DNA of 64,000 nt from Curvularia clavata (Eukaryota). The notes beneath the pieces were generated by a model that was given only the letters and a program-made list of their open reading frames with translations, was not told where the DNA came from and did no database searches. Of the stretch, positions 11,716 through 25,328 are shown piece after piece. The stretch's first letter is position 1, and the number at the start of each line of letters is the position of its first letter. Both the position numbers and the translations under genes were made by a program. The DNA is taken from positions 2,046,001-2,110,000 of the forward strand of contig CP089274.1 of assembly GCA_023920165.1 (NCBI GenBank). The letters are read 5' to 3'.

Positions 11716-14700
11716 ATGGCACCACGACGCGCAGGCCAGCCCTTCCGTCGGGTAGGCAAGAACGGAAACGCATCCTATGGCCCACGAAAGCCCAAGACGG
11801 TTGATGCCTCGACATTACGGAGTGGAGAAGCGACCTCACAGAATGAAAGGGTAGAATCCACTCGCCTGGCGAATCGTATCGATGAGACTATGGGATTCGC
11901 ACGCTTTGATTCTGGGAAGAAGAGAGTGGGATGGCTCGTCAATATGCACTCGACCACAGTCGAGGATGAAGATGTTCCAGGTGGTAGAGCCGGCGTAGAT
12001 TACTACTTCATTGGCGAGGAAGGGGACACATTCAAGGCGACGCTCGAATACGATCCATACTTTCTTCTGGCGGTAAAGAAAGGCAGGGAACAAGACGTAG
12101 AAGAATACTGCAAAAGAGCGTACGAAGGTCTGGTCAAGACAGTCAAAGTCATAGAGAAGGAAGATTTGAGCATGCCAAACCATCTCACTGGATACCGGAG
12201 AAAATTCCTGATGCTTACCTTCGCGAACGTAAACGACCTCCTAGCTGTCCGGAAAGCCGTCTTTCCAATAGTGGAGAAGAACAAGAAGAACACCAATGCC
12301 ATGGATACATATGCTGAGGTGGCTAAGTAAGTGCGGAATACCTCTTCGCACAGCTTGCGACTAACACTCACCAGCGGCAACGCTGCCTTTGACTTTTTCG
12401 ATAACGAAGATTACGAGTACGAGAAACGACTTATGACCACCGTTGATGCGAGCGATTTCATTTTAGATATTCGGGAATACGACGTTCCCTACCACGTGCG
12501 AGTAGCCATCGACATGGACGTCCGAATCGGAAACTGGTACACTGTTGAGGCCAAACATGGCGTAATAAGCATAAAGTGTATAGAGGATCGCCTGACACCT
12601 GCGGACCCCGTTGTAATGGCGTACGATATCGAAACGACGAAGCTGCCGTTGAAATTTCCTGACGCAGCGATTGACCAGATCATGATGATATCGTACATGA
12701 TTGACGGCCAAGGATTTCTGATCACGAACCGTGAGATCGTTTCAGAGGACATCCAAGATTTCGAGTACACGCCGAAACCAGAATACCAGGGACCATTCAT
12801 GATTTTCAATGAACCAGACGAAAAGACTCTGTTGGAGAGATTCTTCGAACACATCAAAGAAGCCAAGCCCACGGTCATGGTCACATACAACGGAGACTTC
12901 TTCGATTGGCCCTTTGTAGAGGCAAGAGCTAGCGTACAAGGTATTGACATGTACCAAGAGATTGGTTTCCGGAAGAACAACGAGGATATTTACCAGTCGG
13001 ACTACTGTGCACACATGGATGCCTTTGCCTGGGTCAGCCGAGACAGTTACCTTCCGCAAGGTAGTCGTGGTTTGAAAGCCGTCACTATGGCTAAGCTGGG
13101 TTACGATCCAGACGAGCTCGATCCTGAACTCATGACGCCCTATGCAGCCGAACGACCTCAGACTCTTGCCGAATACTCAGTTTCCGATGCTGTTGCAACC
13201 TACTACCTCTACATGAAGTATGTCCACCCCTTCATTTTCGCTTTGTGCAAAATTCTGCCACTTGGGCCGGATGACGCCCTGCGGAAAGGTACTGGTACTC
13301 TCTGTGAGATGTTGTTGATGGTGCAAGCGTATCAGAAGGGCATTGTGCTACCAAACAAGCATCAAGCGCCGAAAGAGGCCTTCTGGGATGGCCATCTACT
13401 GGAGTCAGAGACTTATGTTGGAGGTCACGTCGAAGCTCTGGAAGCTGGCGTGTTTCGCAGTGATATCGCGTACAACTTTGCAGTCGACCCTACAGCCATC
13501 GACGAACTGATGAATGATCTCGACGCTGCGCTGAAGTTCAGCATCGAGGTTGAGGAAAAGAAAAAGATGGAAGATATAACCAATTACGAGGAGATCAAGG
13601 CTGAAATTGTCGACAAATTGATGCAACTCAAGAACACACCAAATCGTAGCGAGCGACCTCTGATCTATCATTTGGATGTTGCGTCCATGTATCCAAACAT
13701 TATGACAACCAACAGGTTACAACCTGACTCGATGATAAAAGAGTCAAATTGCGCGGCTTGCGACTTTAATCGCCCCGGAAAGACATGCGATCGCCGAATG
13801 CCTTGGGCCTGGAGAGGCGAGTATCTCCCAGCCAAACGCGACGAGTACAACATGGTTCGCAACGCACTGGAGAATGAACAATTTCCCGGGAGATACCCTA
13901 ACTCGCCAAAGCGGACATTCCAAGAACTTTCTGAAGATGAACAGGCTGCTTTGGTCAGGAAACGCTTGACAGACTACTCTAAGAAGATCTACCACAAGGT
14001 TCACGATGCAACGACAATAGAACGCGAGGCCATCATCTGCCAGCGTGAAAACCCGTTCTATGTTGATACTGTCAGTGGTTTCCGTGATCGACGATACGAC
14101 TTCAAGGGCAAGCAGAAAGTTTGGAAAGGCAAGACAGAGGCGTTGAAAGCAGCAGGTGCTCCAGCAGCCGAGATTGAAGAGGCGAAGAAGATGATTGTCT
14201 TGTTCGATTCCATGCAGTTGGCTCACAAGGTCATTCTGAACTCTTTCTACGGATACGTCATGCGAAAAGGATCACGCTGGTACTCCCTGGAGATGGCTGG
14301 CGTTACTTGCTTGACTGGTGCCCGTATCATTCAATTGGCGCGTTCCCTTGTCGAGCGCATCGGTCGTCCCCTGGAGTTGGATACTGATGGTATCTGGGCT
14401 ATCCTGCCGGCAACTTTTCCCGAGAACTTTTCTTTCAAGCTCTCTAACGGCAAAAAGCTCACCATCTCCTATCCCTGTACTATGTTGAACCATCTGGTGC
14501 ACGCGCAATATACCAACCATCAGTACGAGACATTGGTCGATCCAGTGAATTTTCGATACGAGAAGCGCAGCGATAATTCCATCTTCTTCGAAGTCGACGG
14601 TCCTTACAAAGCGATGATTTTGCCGACATCAAAGGAAGAGGACAAAAATTTGAAGAAGCGTTATGCAGTATTCAACCACGATGGCAGCTTAGCAGAATTG

Positions 14701-17700
14701 AAAGGTTTCGAAGTCAAACGTCGTGGTGAGCTGAAGCTCATCAAGAACTTCCAAGCTCAAATATTCAAGTTTTTCTTGGAAGGAACTACTCTAGAGGAGA
14801 CATACGGCGCTGTTGCCAAAGTAGCGAATCGCTGGCTCGATATTCTCGACACGCGTGGAGCAACCTTGGCCGACGAAGAGCTAATTGATCTTATCGTCGA
14901 GAACAAGAGCATGACAAAGACGCTAGAGGAATACGGAGCACAGAAGTCAACCGCCATCACAACCGCCAAGCGTCTCGCCGAGTTTCTGGGCGAACAAATG
15001 GTGAAAGACAAAGGACTGAACTGCAAGTACATTATTTCGAAGACACCAAGAAACGCCCCGGTCACTGAACGCGCCGTTCCTTTGTCCATATTTTCAGCAG
15101 AAGAGTCGGTAAAGCGATACTTCTTGAGGAAGTGGTTACGGGACGACCCAGGAGAGATGGATATCCGGACAGTCCTCGACTGGGATTACTACCGCGAACG
15201 TTTAGCTTCCGTCATCCAGAAACTGATCACTATCCCTGCAGCGTACCAGAAAGTTCGAAATCCTGTTCCTCGGGTGCCACATCCTGATTGGCTCGACCGC
15301 AGGATTCGTCAGAAGGAGGACAAGATGCAGCAGACGAAGATGACGGACATGTTCAGCAAGAAGGTGCTAATGAATGGGGATGCTAATGTCGCGAACAACA
15401 AGCTCTCTGGCGACCTTGAAGACTTTGGCTCCGCAAAGTTGACACAGAACCAGTCGCAAATGAAGAAGGGAATTGTTACCAAAATGGTTGCAAAGCGCAA
15501 AGAACCGGAGCCAGCAGTACCCATTGTCGATCCTTATGCTGCCTTGCCTAAAGTCATGCCGAGCATTGATGAAGACTATTCTGGCTGGCTGACATACCAG
15601 AAGCAAAAATGGAAGATTCAGCGTGAAGCAAGGAAGCGCAGACGACAACTGTTTGGAGAAAAGGCGATTGATTCATCGGATGCAATTGGCAACTTCTTCA
15701 GGAACCAGGCGCAATCCCTCTTCATCAGCACTTGGCAACTTGTACAATTCCGGCCAACAGAAACACCAGGAGAGGTGAGAGCCTTTGTGCTCATCGACAA
15801 GAAGATCCATGCGCTCAAGATCATCGTTCCACGACAACTGTACCTCAATCTGAGGAGCGAGGAGCTCCCGGATGTATCGATCACTGGATGCTCAGTTGAG
15901 AAAGTTGTCAATCATACCTTGCCGAACGGACATCCTTCTATTCATTTGTTCAAGCTTCAAATGTCAGAGCAGACATACGTTCATGAGGCTGACAGTATCT
16001 CGGCTTTGTTCAATCACTCCAGTGTCGAAGGTGTCTACGAAAAGCAAGTGCCATTGAATATCCGGGCCATTCTCGAACTGGGAAGCGTTTGCACGTTTGA
16101 CGAGTCTCAGAAAGGTGTTCTTGGAAAGGGTCTTGAGCAAGGTTTCGACCTCTCCACGCTCAGAAAAGTTCCGATCCAGGAACCATACCTCGCTGAAGCG
16201 CCTTTCAACTACATCTACCTGTACCATGTCAGCAGCGGAGACCGTAACATCTTTGCTGTATTTTCAACATCAAAGACCGACGCGCACATCATCATCCAGA
16301 ACAAGTCCAAAGATGTGCAAGGTATGCCAAACGTCGATCGCATCTATCGCGATGCCCTTCAACGCCGTATGGAAGACAACAACGGCGAACCGTGGCAAAA
16401 TATGATTGACTATCAGGAAGATGTCCATTTCAAGACGACAACGGTCACCACCAAGCGCAAAGCGCTGCTCGAGGTCGGGGACGTTATCAAGAGAATGAAA
16501 GTAGACGAGACTGGACCGCTCATCGTCGTCATACAATCACCTAACCAAGCTCTTCTCTCACATGACGTCCCAGTCTTAAAAGATCTGCCCATCTTGTCAC
16601 TTAACCCAGACGAGTCTGACAAGCAACTGCCACCACTGGGCTGGCAAGCCTTCATCGCCAAGCGACTGGTGGGCCATTATCTTGACCTTGGCTCTTGGGT
16701 TGCTCATCTACTGGAGCTAGCGCGCTATGGAGATGTCCCGCTTTGCAATCTTGAAAGCAACGATCCGCGTTTCCTCATTGACGTTGCATATGCCAGACGG
16801 CTGCAGAAAGATCGTGTAATATTGTGGTGGTCTGGCCAAGCTAAGCCTGATCACGCTGGATACGAAAAAGATGATGTTCTCGGGCCTCTTGAGACGGTAG
16901 AGATGCCATCGATTAACAATCCAGGCACTTACTCGTCCGTGTGTATCGATATCAATGTGCGCAACCTCGCCATCAACACCATCCTCTCATCCTCTCTTGT
17001 CAATGAGCTTGAGGGTGCAGATTCCGTTTCCTTTAATCCTGCGCCATCCTATGACTCCGCCAATGATGGGTCTAATGTCATCTACTCAGACAACGCCTTT
17101 GCAAGTGCAGGCATTACAGTTCTCCGAGAGATGGTGAAGGCTTGGTGGGTTGAAGCAGTCCAGGCTGGTCACGGCTTTAGTATGGCCGACGTTATGGTAC
17201 AGCATCTCGTTCGTTGGGTCAGCAGTCCAGGATCCTTTCTCTATGATCGATCTCTGCACTATTATGTGCAAATGATGTCGAAGAAGACGCTGCAGCAACT
17301 GATGACGGACTTCAAGCGAGTAGGCTCGCATATTGTCTTCGCCAGCCCGAACCGCCTTCTCCTGCAGACCACCAAAGCTGAAGTCGGCAATGCATACGCC
17401 TACAGTCAGTACATCATCAAGACCATCAAATCGAAGCCCTTGTTCCAGTTTATGGAGCTTGACATCAAGGAATATTGGGACTATCTGGTTTGGTACGACG
17501 AGTTCAACTACGGAGGCAAGGGCTGCAACAAGGTGACAGAAGATGAGGTCCAACCGGTCGAGAATATTATGTGCTGGCAGCTTGCACAGTTTCTACCACC
17601 AAAGTTCCAGCCAACCTTCAACGACTGGGTGATCGAGTTCATCGAGCTGATGCACGCACGCAAACGCCCAGCTATTACCGAACATGACTCAACACCACGA

Positions 17701-18468
17701 GTGACCCAGATTCCTCTCCGACCGTTGACTGTGGATCCAAATGAGCAAACGCAGATACTGCCTAAAACATTCACGAGGCCATTGTCTAAGCAGATGAATG
17801 CGTTTGCGAAGAAGCAGCATGCCGAGGTGTTGGATCCTCTGTTTGCATCCGAATACGTCTTTCCAGAACTTCCAGGTTCGCATCTCAAACTCACAAACCC
17901 GGTCCTCCAGCTTGTCAAGAGTATTATGCAAGTTCTGAGTCTAGACCGCGCAATATCGCTCGAAGCCCGTGCACTACGAAAGGAACTGCTGAATCTCTTC
18001 GACATTCGCGAGTTCAGTGCTGAAGCAACATTCACGAATCCCAGCGCTGCACTTGTTGTCCGAGGTGTTATCTGCGATGATTGTACTTCTTCACGCGACC
18101 TAGATCTTTGCCGCGACTCATCACTCCTTCCGATCGTTCTCCCAGATAGCGATGCAGCTCCCGTTCTGCCCAAATGGAAATGCGACAACTGCGATTCTCC
18201 ATACGATAAGCGGCGTATTGAAGAGCAACTCGTCGGCGAAGTGCAAAAAATGGTTCTGGAATGGTGCACACAAGACCTCAAATGCGCCAAGTGCAAGAGG
18301 CTACGCAGTAACGAGTTCATGGAACACTGTGCTTGTGCAGGAGAATGGACGCCTACAAGGAACAAATCAGAGATCAAAAAGAAGATTGGAGTTTATGGTA
18401 ATGTTGCTCGGTTCTACACCTTAGGCATGCTGGAGGCTGTTGTGGAAGAGTGCTTATCGAGTTTCTAA
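11716..18468 (+). CDS. POL2: DNA polymerase epsilon catalytic subunit A (~2234 aa, 2 exons)
   Basis: Intron 12327-12374. Exonuclease YDIET and TYNGDFFD; polymerase HLDVASMYP, KVILNSFYGY and ELDTDG; CysX CAACDFNRPGKTC; C-terminal CysA/CysB motifs. Confidence 0.98.
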
Positions 18469-19340
18469 GCACGCTAGCCTTTTGTGAAGGGCTTTATTGA
18501 GGTATCAGAGGACGGATCGATGTCGGGTGTTATCGAAGTGTATGCTTCACTTGCGCATGAGCGGAATCAGGCCGCGATTTAGTGTTTTCGGGAGTTGCTC
18601 ATGTATCCACTTGTTTCTCTCTCATTATCTTCCTATGGCTACTGGCGTCATGGGCGTCACCGGGACATATATGTTGAAGGCGATTACATATAGTGATCAA
18701 GTGGGGAAGTTTCTCCGCATTTACCCCATTGCGCGTCTTGCGTCTTGTTTATGCCGGCGCCTGTTTATCTACTTATCAATCAACTTTCATACGAACGCTG
18801 CGCACCACTGATAAAAAATAATCCCAGTAGAACTGAAAATGCCTAGATGACTGAGAGTTTTGCTTCTTTCCGAATGACATCATCGTTAAACGAAAGGGAG
18901 GGGTTGAGGTTGGAGGCTGGAGCGGGGGTGCTGTCTTGCGTCAACAGAGCCCTTGGAAACGTGCGAGCACGCCATTTGACCTAATCTGTTGCCAACGGGA
19001 AACCCTTGATCGAGCGACATGACAAGATATCCCCAATTGAGGAAATCCGATAACATGATGATTCAGTGAGGGGAAATTCAAAACAAAAGGCTTGGAAAGG
19101 TCAAGGATGCTTGAAATGGCCGAATCGTATAAATAAGACATATCAATTGTCTTGTCCGCATTTCCGCAACCGTTACTGTGGTTACTTTGTGCGTTTTGCA
19201 GGAAAGCAGCTGGTCTTCTTGGATAGCAAGGGAACGGTTGTTCAATTCGAAAGCTTCCTCTTATCTCCACGTTTCTCAAAATCCATTTTCGCTCCCTCCT
19301 TCACTCGGTCAAGAAAAGCGCTCCAGCTCACTCACTCACC

Positions 19341-20673
19341 ATGGCGCCAGCCCTGGCAGCAGCGGCTCCCGCAGCCCCTCACACCCTCTCTTCCACCCCC
19401 AAACTATCCAAGACACTTTTCCCAGACGGCCTCTTGACCTCTGGCCAACACGAACCCATCTACTCGCTACTACAACCCTACTCTGCCTTCCCCAAGCACA
19501 TCACGGGCCCCACAGCCTGGACCGCCTCGGACTACTCCTCTCACCCTGAACGCTGGACACACGTTTTCTCGCCCTCAGAAATCTCAGAGATCAGCGATGC
19601 AGCCGATGCCTTTTTGCAAAGCGGCACGCCCCTGACAGGCATCACAAGCGAGAAATTCCCTCTGCCGACCTTCTCGCGCTTCCTGGCACCGCTGCGCAAG
19701 GAGCTGATTGACGGTAAAGGCTTCATCCTATTCAAAGGCCTGCCGGTACAGGAATGGGGCAATCGTAAATCCGCAGTTGCGTATATGGGACTGGGCACGT
19801 ATCTGGGATATTTTGTGAGTCAGAATAGTCGGGGTCATGTGCTGGGGCATGTCAAGGATTTGGGAGAGGATGCGACTGCGATTGACAAGGTGAGGATTTA
19901 TCGAACGAATGCGAGACAGTTCTTCCATGCGGATGATGCGGATTTGGTGGGGCTGCTGTGTGTGGCTAAGGCGTTGGAGGGAGGTGAGAGTGATCTTGTA
20001 AGTCTGAGCTTTACTATGCCGCTTGAGGAAGTTCCTTTTTAACTAATGCTGTCTTTTCCAGGTGAGTAGCCACACAGTTTGGAATGATCTCCAGGAGAAC
20101 CATCCCGATGTCGCGGAACTCCTTACACAACCGGTTTGGTACTTTGATCGTAAAGGCGAGACGAGTAAAGGACAGAAAGAGTGGATCAAAACCGCAGTAT
20201 TCTTCCTCGAAACAGGGGATAATCCGAGGGTTTACAGCAAGTAAGTCTTTCCCGCTTCATCGTCTTGAACCGAATAAAGCCAGAACGGAAAAGCTGACAT
20301 AAAGAACAGATGGGACCCGTACTTTGTCCGCTCTCTGACCCGCTTCTCGGACGCTGGTGCGATTCCTCCTCTTTCCGAGGCCCAGGAACGTGCCATTACC
20401 ATTCTGGAAGAAACATGCCAGAAGTTCGCTCTTCACATGATCTTGGACGTAGGCGATATCCAGTTCCTTTCCAACAACCATATTTTCCATGCGAGAACAG
20501 CGTACAAGGATTATGCGCCGCCAGCACCGCGGAGGCACTTGATGAGGTTGTGGTTGAGTACGCCAGAAGATGAAGGAGGCTGGAGACTTCCATTCCATGA
20601 CAGCAAGGAAAAGAAGAGGGGTGGTATTCAGGTCGACGAGACACCGCCAGTAGCACCTGAAGATGCCGAGTAA
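19341..20673 (+). CDS. TauD/TfdA (clavaminate synthase-like) Fe(II)/2-oxoglutarate dioxygenase, ~399 aa, 3 exons
   Basis: Exons 19341-19997, 20062-20240, 20310-20673. Metal-binding HxD (FHADDAD) and distal His (NNHIFHARTAY), plus RHLMRLWL. Confidence 0.9.
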
Positions 20674-21060
20674 AATGTACATAAGCTCGATAGTATAACG
20701 ATTTCCCAGTTTCATGGCTAGTCTGTAGTCTGTGAGTATACGAACAGAGGAATACTTAGACCTCGATTGCAAGTGCCAGATTCTACGTTTCAAAGTGGTA
20801 TCATTCTTCTTTCGAGGTGCAGTTTCTGCACCGATCCTGAACTGTCCAACGCCGTGCATGCTATACCATCTGGGCAATCATCGCCGATCCAACAAATAAT
20901 CATCTTGTCGCGCTTCATCTTGGCATCTCGTACGAGCTGTTCGCACTCGCAGTGGTTCCTCCTGTTTCCGTATGCGCTGATTTTGATCGTGCTGTGATCT
21001 TTAACCCCCAACACATTTGCGTCATTGCGTCTCTTCTTTCCTCCAATTTCATGCTCGAAC

Positions 21061-21675
21061 CTAGAAGCCTCGTCCACGTCCCCTGCCGCCGCCGCCCCTT
21101 CCGCGACCGCCTCCACGTCCTCGACCACCTCCGCGGCCACCGCCTCGGCCACCGCGGTCTCCACCAGCAGCCTCTTTCCTCGCCTTGTTCTTGGGCTTTG
21201 GTGCGTCATCGATGAGAAGTGTGTCAAGCGGTAATGAGTCGGGAAGAATAATATAACGAATCGTCGAACCGCGGACAGTCATTGTATCGAGGGCTACGGT
21301 ATCGCGAGACTTGGGCGTGTACTTGACCGCTCGGAGCGCGACGTTCATGAGCGGCGAGACGGAGGTAATGGTGCCGTTCACAATGGTGCCTATGTATATG
21401 TAAGAATGCGTGTGTCCACAGCAAATCTGGGAAAGCATATAGGTGAAAGATTGCCTGCCTGCGCAACTCGACGTTGAACGCGCCTAAAAGCAGAATGTCC
21501 GTCGCCGAATGCTGGCTCGGCAACGGTTGACCGAAACAGTATGAGAGTCTATATTTACCATTCTTGAGCTCGACCGTGACCGTCTCGTTCTGACATTTCA
21601 TAAGAAACCTGCGCGAAGCCGTTAGACGCGATTGATTTGTGTTTACCCTGGCCTGTCATACCTGACGAGCTTCAT
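21061..21675 (-). CDS. SMD1: Small nuclear ribonucleoprotein Sm D1, ~130 aa, 3 exons
   Basis: Exons 21675-21662, 21608-21559, 21389-21061 give [53 protein letters not shown], then an RG/RGG tail. Confidence 0.96.
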
Positions 21676-22017
21676 ATTTGCTGATTTGAAATTTGCGCGA
21701 CAAAAGAATTAAATTGTGCGAGTCCGTTTAATATGCAATTCGAGGTGACTTGTCGCGGTGTCGCTGATATGCGAGGTAGACTCGCGGGGAAGCTCCGACC
21801 AGGAAATTGCGATGGAGCTTCCCAGGCTACACGCATCATCATTAATCCGGGCCGCAGTCACGTGCGAGCACCGTTTGTACCATAGTCTTGATATAAAGAC
21901 AGCTGTGAATGTGTTGTAGGTCAAATGAACAAGTGTTTGAATGTTTATATGTTATTATCATAAGAAACAGTATGCGTTCTACTCAATTGGAGGATAATGT
22001 ACATGTAGGGCATGTGT

Positions 22018-24519
22018 TCACGACTCACTGTCGAACGAATATGTACCCTCTTCCTTGCGAGATTTCTGCTCCCTAGGGCGTTGCACAGCCTTTTGAATAG
22101 CATTTCCCGACGCTTGCCTTGACTTGGGTGGATCTAACCATACCTGTTCTTGGGTAGGAGTCAGATCCGCCATCATAGCCTGCTGCATTTCGTCCGCCGA
22201 CGACTGGGTCGTGGATTCCGCAGGAACATACTCGATCGGCTTGCGCGTAACATCAAAGTTATAGGTCTCCTTCAGGTACTTGGCAATGGCGGCATTCTCT
22301 TCTTCGGTGCCATTGCCGTGATGGCGCTTTAGCTCTTTGGCAATAAGCGTATCGAGAATATAGCCTTGGGTCAGAGGCCGACTGCCTTTCTCGCCGACAG
22401 AGTCTTGCTTTGGTAGATTTACTGTAGCTTCCCAGTGCAAGCCCATAGCAGCAAGTCTGTCCTTCCTTGACCACGCTACAGCGCGCATTGGAGCTGTCTG
22501 GACAAACCGCTTGACACGCTCTTCGAGATCGTCCCAGTCAACGCTCCAATCGAACCAAGGCCGTAACATTTCTTCAACAGCGCGTGGAAAATCTCGAAAG
22601 TGCTGTGTTGAGTAGAAAAGATGTTTTATCTTGCCAAATAGAAATTCCACGTCCATGCCCGTAATAGTAGGATTCACGCCAACTCGGCGTAAAGACTCGC
22701 ACCAATCAATGTTGATGTGCTTTCGAAACTGGGGCTGGGAATAAATCTGCAGGCGATTGATGATCCTGCAGAGCACTACACGAAGTTCTTCAGGGGTAAC
22801 TTCTCCAGAAATATCTACCGCCGAGTCATCGAAAAGCGTAGGATGGGTCAGGGTAAGCAGACGTGAGCGAGATTTTTTGAAGTGTACTGCAGCCAGTTTG
22901 TTTGCTCCCATAGCTGCCATTGCGTCCTCAAAAGAATATTTCAACGCCAATGGGTATTTCATCTTTCGAAGATGTTCCCGCAAACGGTGCTCAATCCGCT
23001 CGACTGTCAGGATATCCTCAGTCATGCTGTCTCTTCCATTTTCCGGTTCAAAAGGCAATGCGAGATTCGCGGCTCGTAGAGGCTCCATGATATCGCTAGG
23101 GAGGAGGTCTCTGCTGCTAGGACTGACGCCCAAATGGTATAAGAGAACCCGATAGGGCTGCGACAGGAAGCGTGAGTCAAGTTCGATCAACTTTTTAGCT
23201 CGTTTCACTATCTGTTCCCTCATAGATGGTGTCAACAGTCCGTAAAAATCGCTCAACACCTGTTGGCTCTGTTTTGCGGACGTGAGTCCAGATGGGAGCC
23301 CCATCTCTTTCCTGCATTCCGCAACGAGAAGCTCTACACTGATGCCGAGACTTGCTGCAGAATACGGCAAATTGCCTTCGATGCTACGGTATGTATCTCT
23401 GGTTGGGTTCTCATAGTAAGCAGGGTTTGACTTGATCAGATTCTTGATGCCATCCAGGTATTGTTGTCGCTCCTTTTCACCGGGGAACAAAGGATAATTC
23501 CAGAACGACGCAATACCTTCATCAGTGGTACGTGAGTGGACTCTTTCAGAAGAATAGATAGCATCGCCCTTGAGATTCCGGTATCCCCCATCGATGTATA
23601 GAACGGCTGGTTTCTTGGAAGCTTTGTGTTCTATACTATTCACCTTTGCAACGAGGATGAGATGATCTGCAACAGGAAATTGATGCGTGACCTCGCACTC
23701 TATTGCAGCTAATACAGAATCACTCAATATCTGCGGTGCACGAGAGAGTGTGGTGCTAGGATGCGTCTTGTCGTTTGGTTGGTGGATTTTCAGCATCTTA
23801 TCTCGCCTGGCGTAAGCTTCAGAGTGGTTTCCACGGCAGAAGAGGTCCACCAATTTTGCACCGCCTCTATCTGCTGTCGGAAAGTGAACACGAAAAAGCC
23901 CGTTGGCTTCCTGTATTGCGTCTAGAGTCTTGGAAGGCTTTTTGATGTTGAAGGAAATAGTCGGCGGGTCCAACGTGACGGTGCTCAGAGAAGAGACGGC
24001 AACGCCCATGGGCACATGCTTTCCAGTATCACTGTCAACGTGTGCCGCAGTGATGACCGCAACAGAGCTAGGGACGTTACGCATCATCTGGCGTACTGCT
24101 TTTTTCAACTTCTCCTGCTTCAACTCCGACTCGGAGAGTTCACATGAAGTGTTCTGCGCTTCCACGCTTGGTTCCCTACTGGCTATCTCCTCACGTATAC
24201 TTTCTGATGGCCGGAGTGTTGGTATTGCTGTGCTTTCCGCCGTTCCTCGAACATCATCGCCAGAACTGGTTGTGGACTCATTTTGTATTTGCAGTTCAGA
24301 TTGAACTTGCTGATGGAGGAGACGAGTTGTGTGGTAATGCTGCGGGATGCAAATACGGCCGCGATACTGTGAGCTTTTCGAGGCACATATTTGTGCGTTT
24401 CCTGGCTCAATGTCAATGATGAGCTGCTTTCAATTGCGCAGGCAAATCTTACGAGTGTGTAACTCCCACCTATAGAAGGCCGCAAAGAAGCGAGATGCTG
24501 AGCGCTGCGCAAGCGCCAT
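22018..24519 (-). CDS. Putative mitochondrial protein (~816 aa) with flavin reductase-like FMN-binding domain and a long uncharacterised C-terminus
   Basis: Exon 1 (24519-24453, MALAQRSASRFFAAFYRW, presequence-like) splices across intron 24452-24402 into the 715-aa ORF. Flavin reductase motifs MRNVPSSVAVIT, SSLSTVTLDPPTISF, ADHLILVAKV, LYIDGGY. Confidence 0.82.
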
Positions 24520-24757
24520 TTTCACGATGAAGCCTAGCTATTTCTTGTCGCATGTGCAGGTGGTATTTAGGCACGTCTAAATCAACGTCTGTGGAGCCAT
24601 TGGGGAAAACGAGAGGGGTGCGATGTGAATGACGATAGTTTGCGCATGCAAGACCGACTGGGATGTCGGAAATATTAGCTCCGCCAAACCTCCGTCTCTT
24701 CTCCGCAACTTTCAACCCAAACCCACCCAATACTCTCTCCAACACCCCCCACCCACT

Positions 24758-25328
24758 ATGGCTTCTCCTATACCCTCAATGAGCGCACTACGCGCCCTCC
24801 GTCAATCAATTCAGCCACAAATTCAACAAAAAACCCAAGTACGACACGCGACACTCCTCCGCCGACCAAAGCGACCCTACACCTTTACGCAACTCATAAC
24901 CCTTTCTGACGGAAGCGCCTTCACCGTGCGAACCACAAACCCGCAACCCGTATACAAGAGCGCAAAAGACATTCGCAACTCGCCCTTATGGAATCCAAGT
25001 TCGCAGAAGCTGCTGAATGTAGAGGAGGATGAGGCCGGAAAATTGGCCGCTTTCCGAGCCAAGTTTGGGCGGGGGTGGGATGCTGAAACCGAAGCTGATA
25101 AGGTGCGTTTTCTTTCTTGTAGAAGGGCGCATATACGCCGGGAGAATTCACAAAAGGGCTTTTTCGTTTGCTAATGGATTACTATAGGGAAAGCAGACTG
25201 GGGATCATCTCTTGGATCTCATAAGTCGCCAGGGCAAAAAATCGGCAGCACCACCGACCGATGCGACAAAGGCCCCTCCCGCGAAAGCGCCTGCGTCGGC
25301 TCCAGCGAAGCCCGCAGCGAAGAAATGA
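24758..25328 (+). CDS. MRPL36: Mitochondrial large-subunit ribosomal protein bL31m (L36), ~161 aa, 2 exons
   Basis: QVRHATLLRRPKRPYTFTQLITLSDGS..RTT..KDIRNSPLWNP..GKLAAFRAKFG. Intron 25103-25187. Confidence 0.88.

Noticed and set aside
20060..20067. AG|GTGAGT at the start of TauD exon 2, resembling a recursive or twin-intron site
   Set aside because: The bases encode Val-Ser of the LVSSH motif, and skipping the 179-nt exon would frameshift. Probably a coding coincidence.
19341..20673. TauD dioxygenase as a tailoring enzyme for the PKS
   Set aside because: It is 26 kb away among housekeeping genes, and the established DHN-melanin pathway needs no 2-oxoglutarate dioxygenase.
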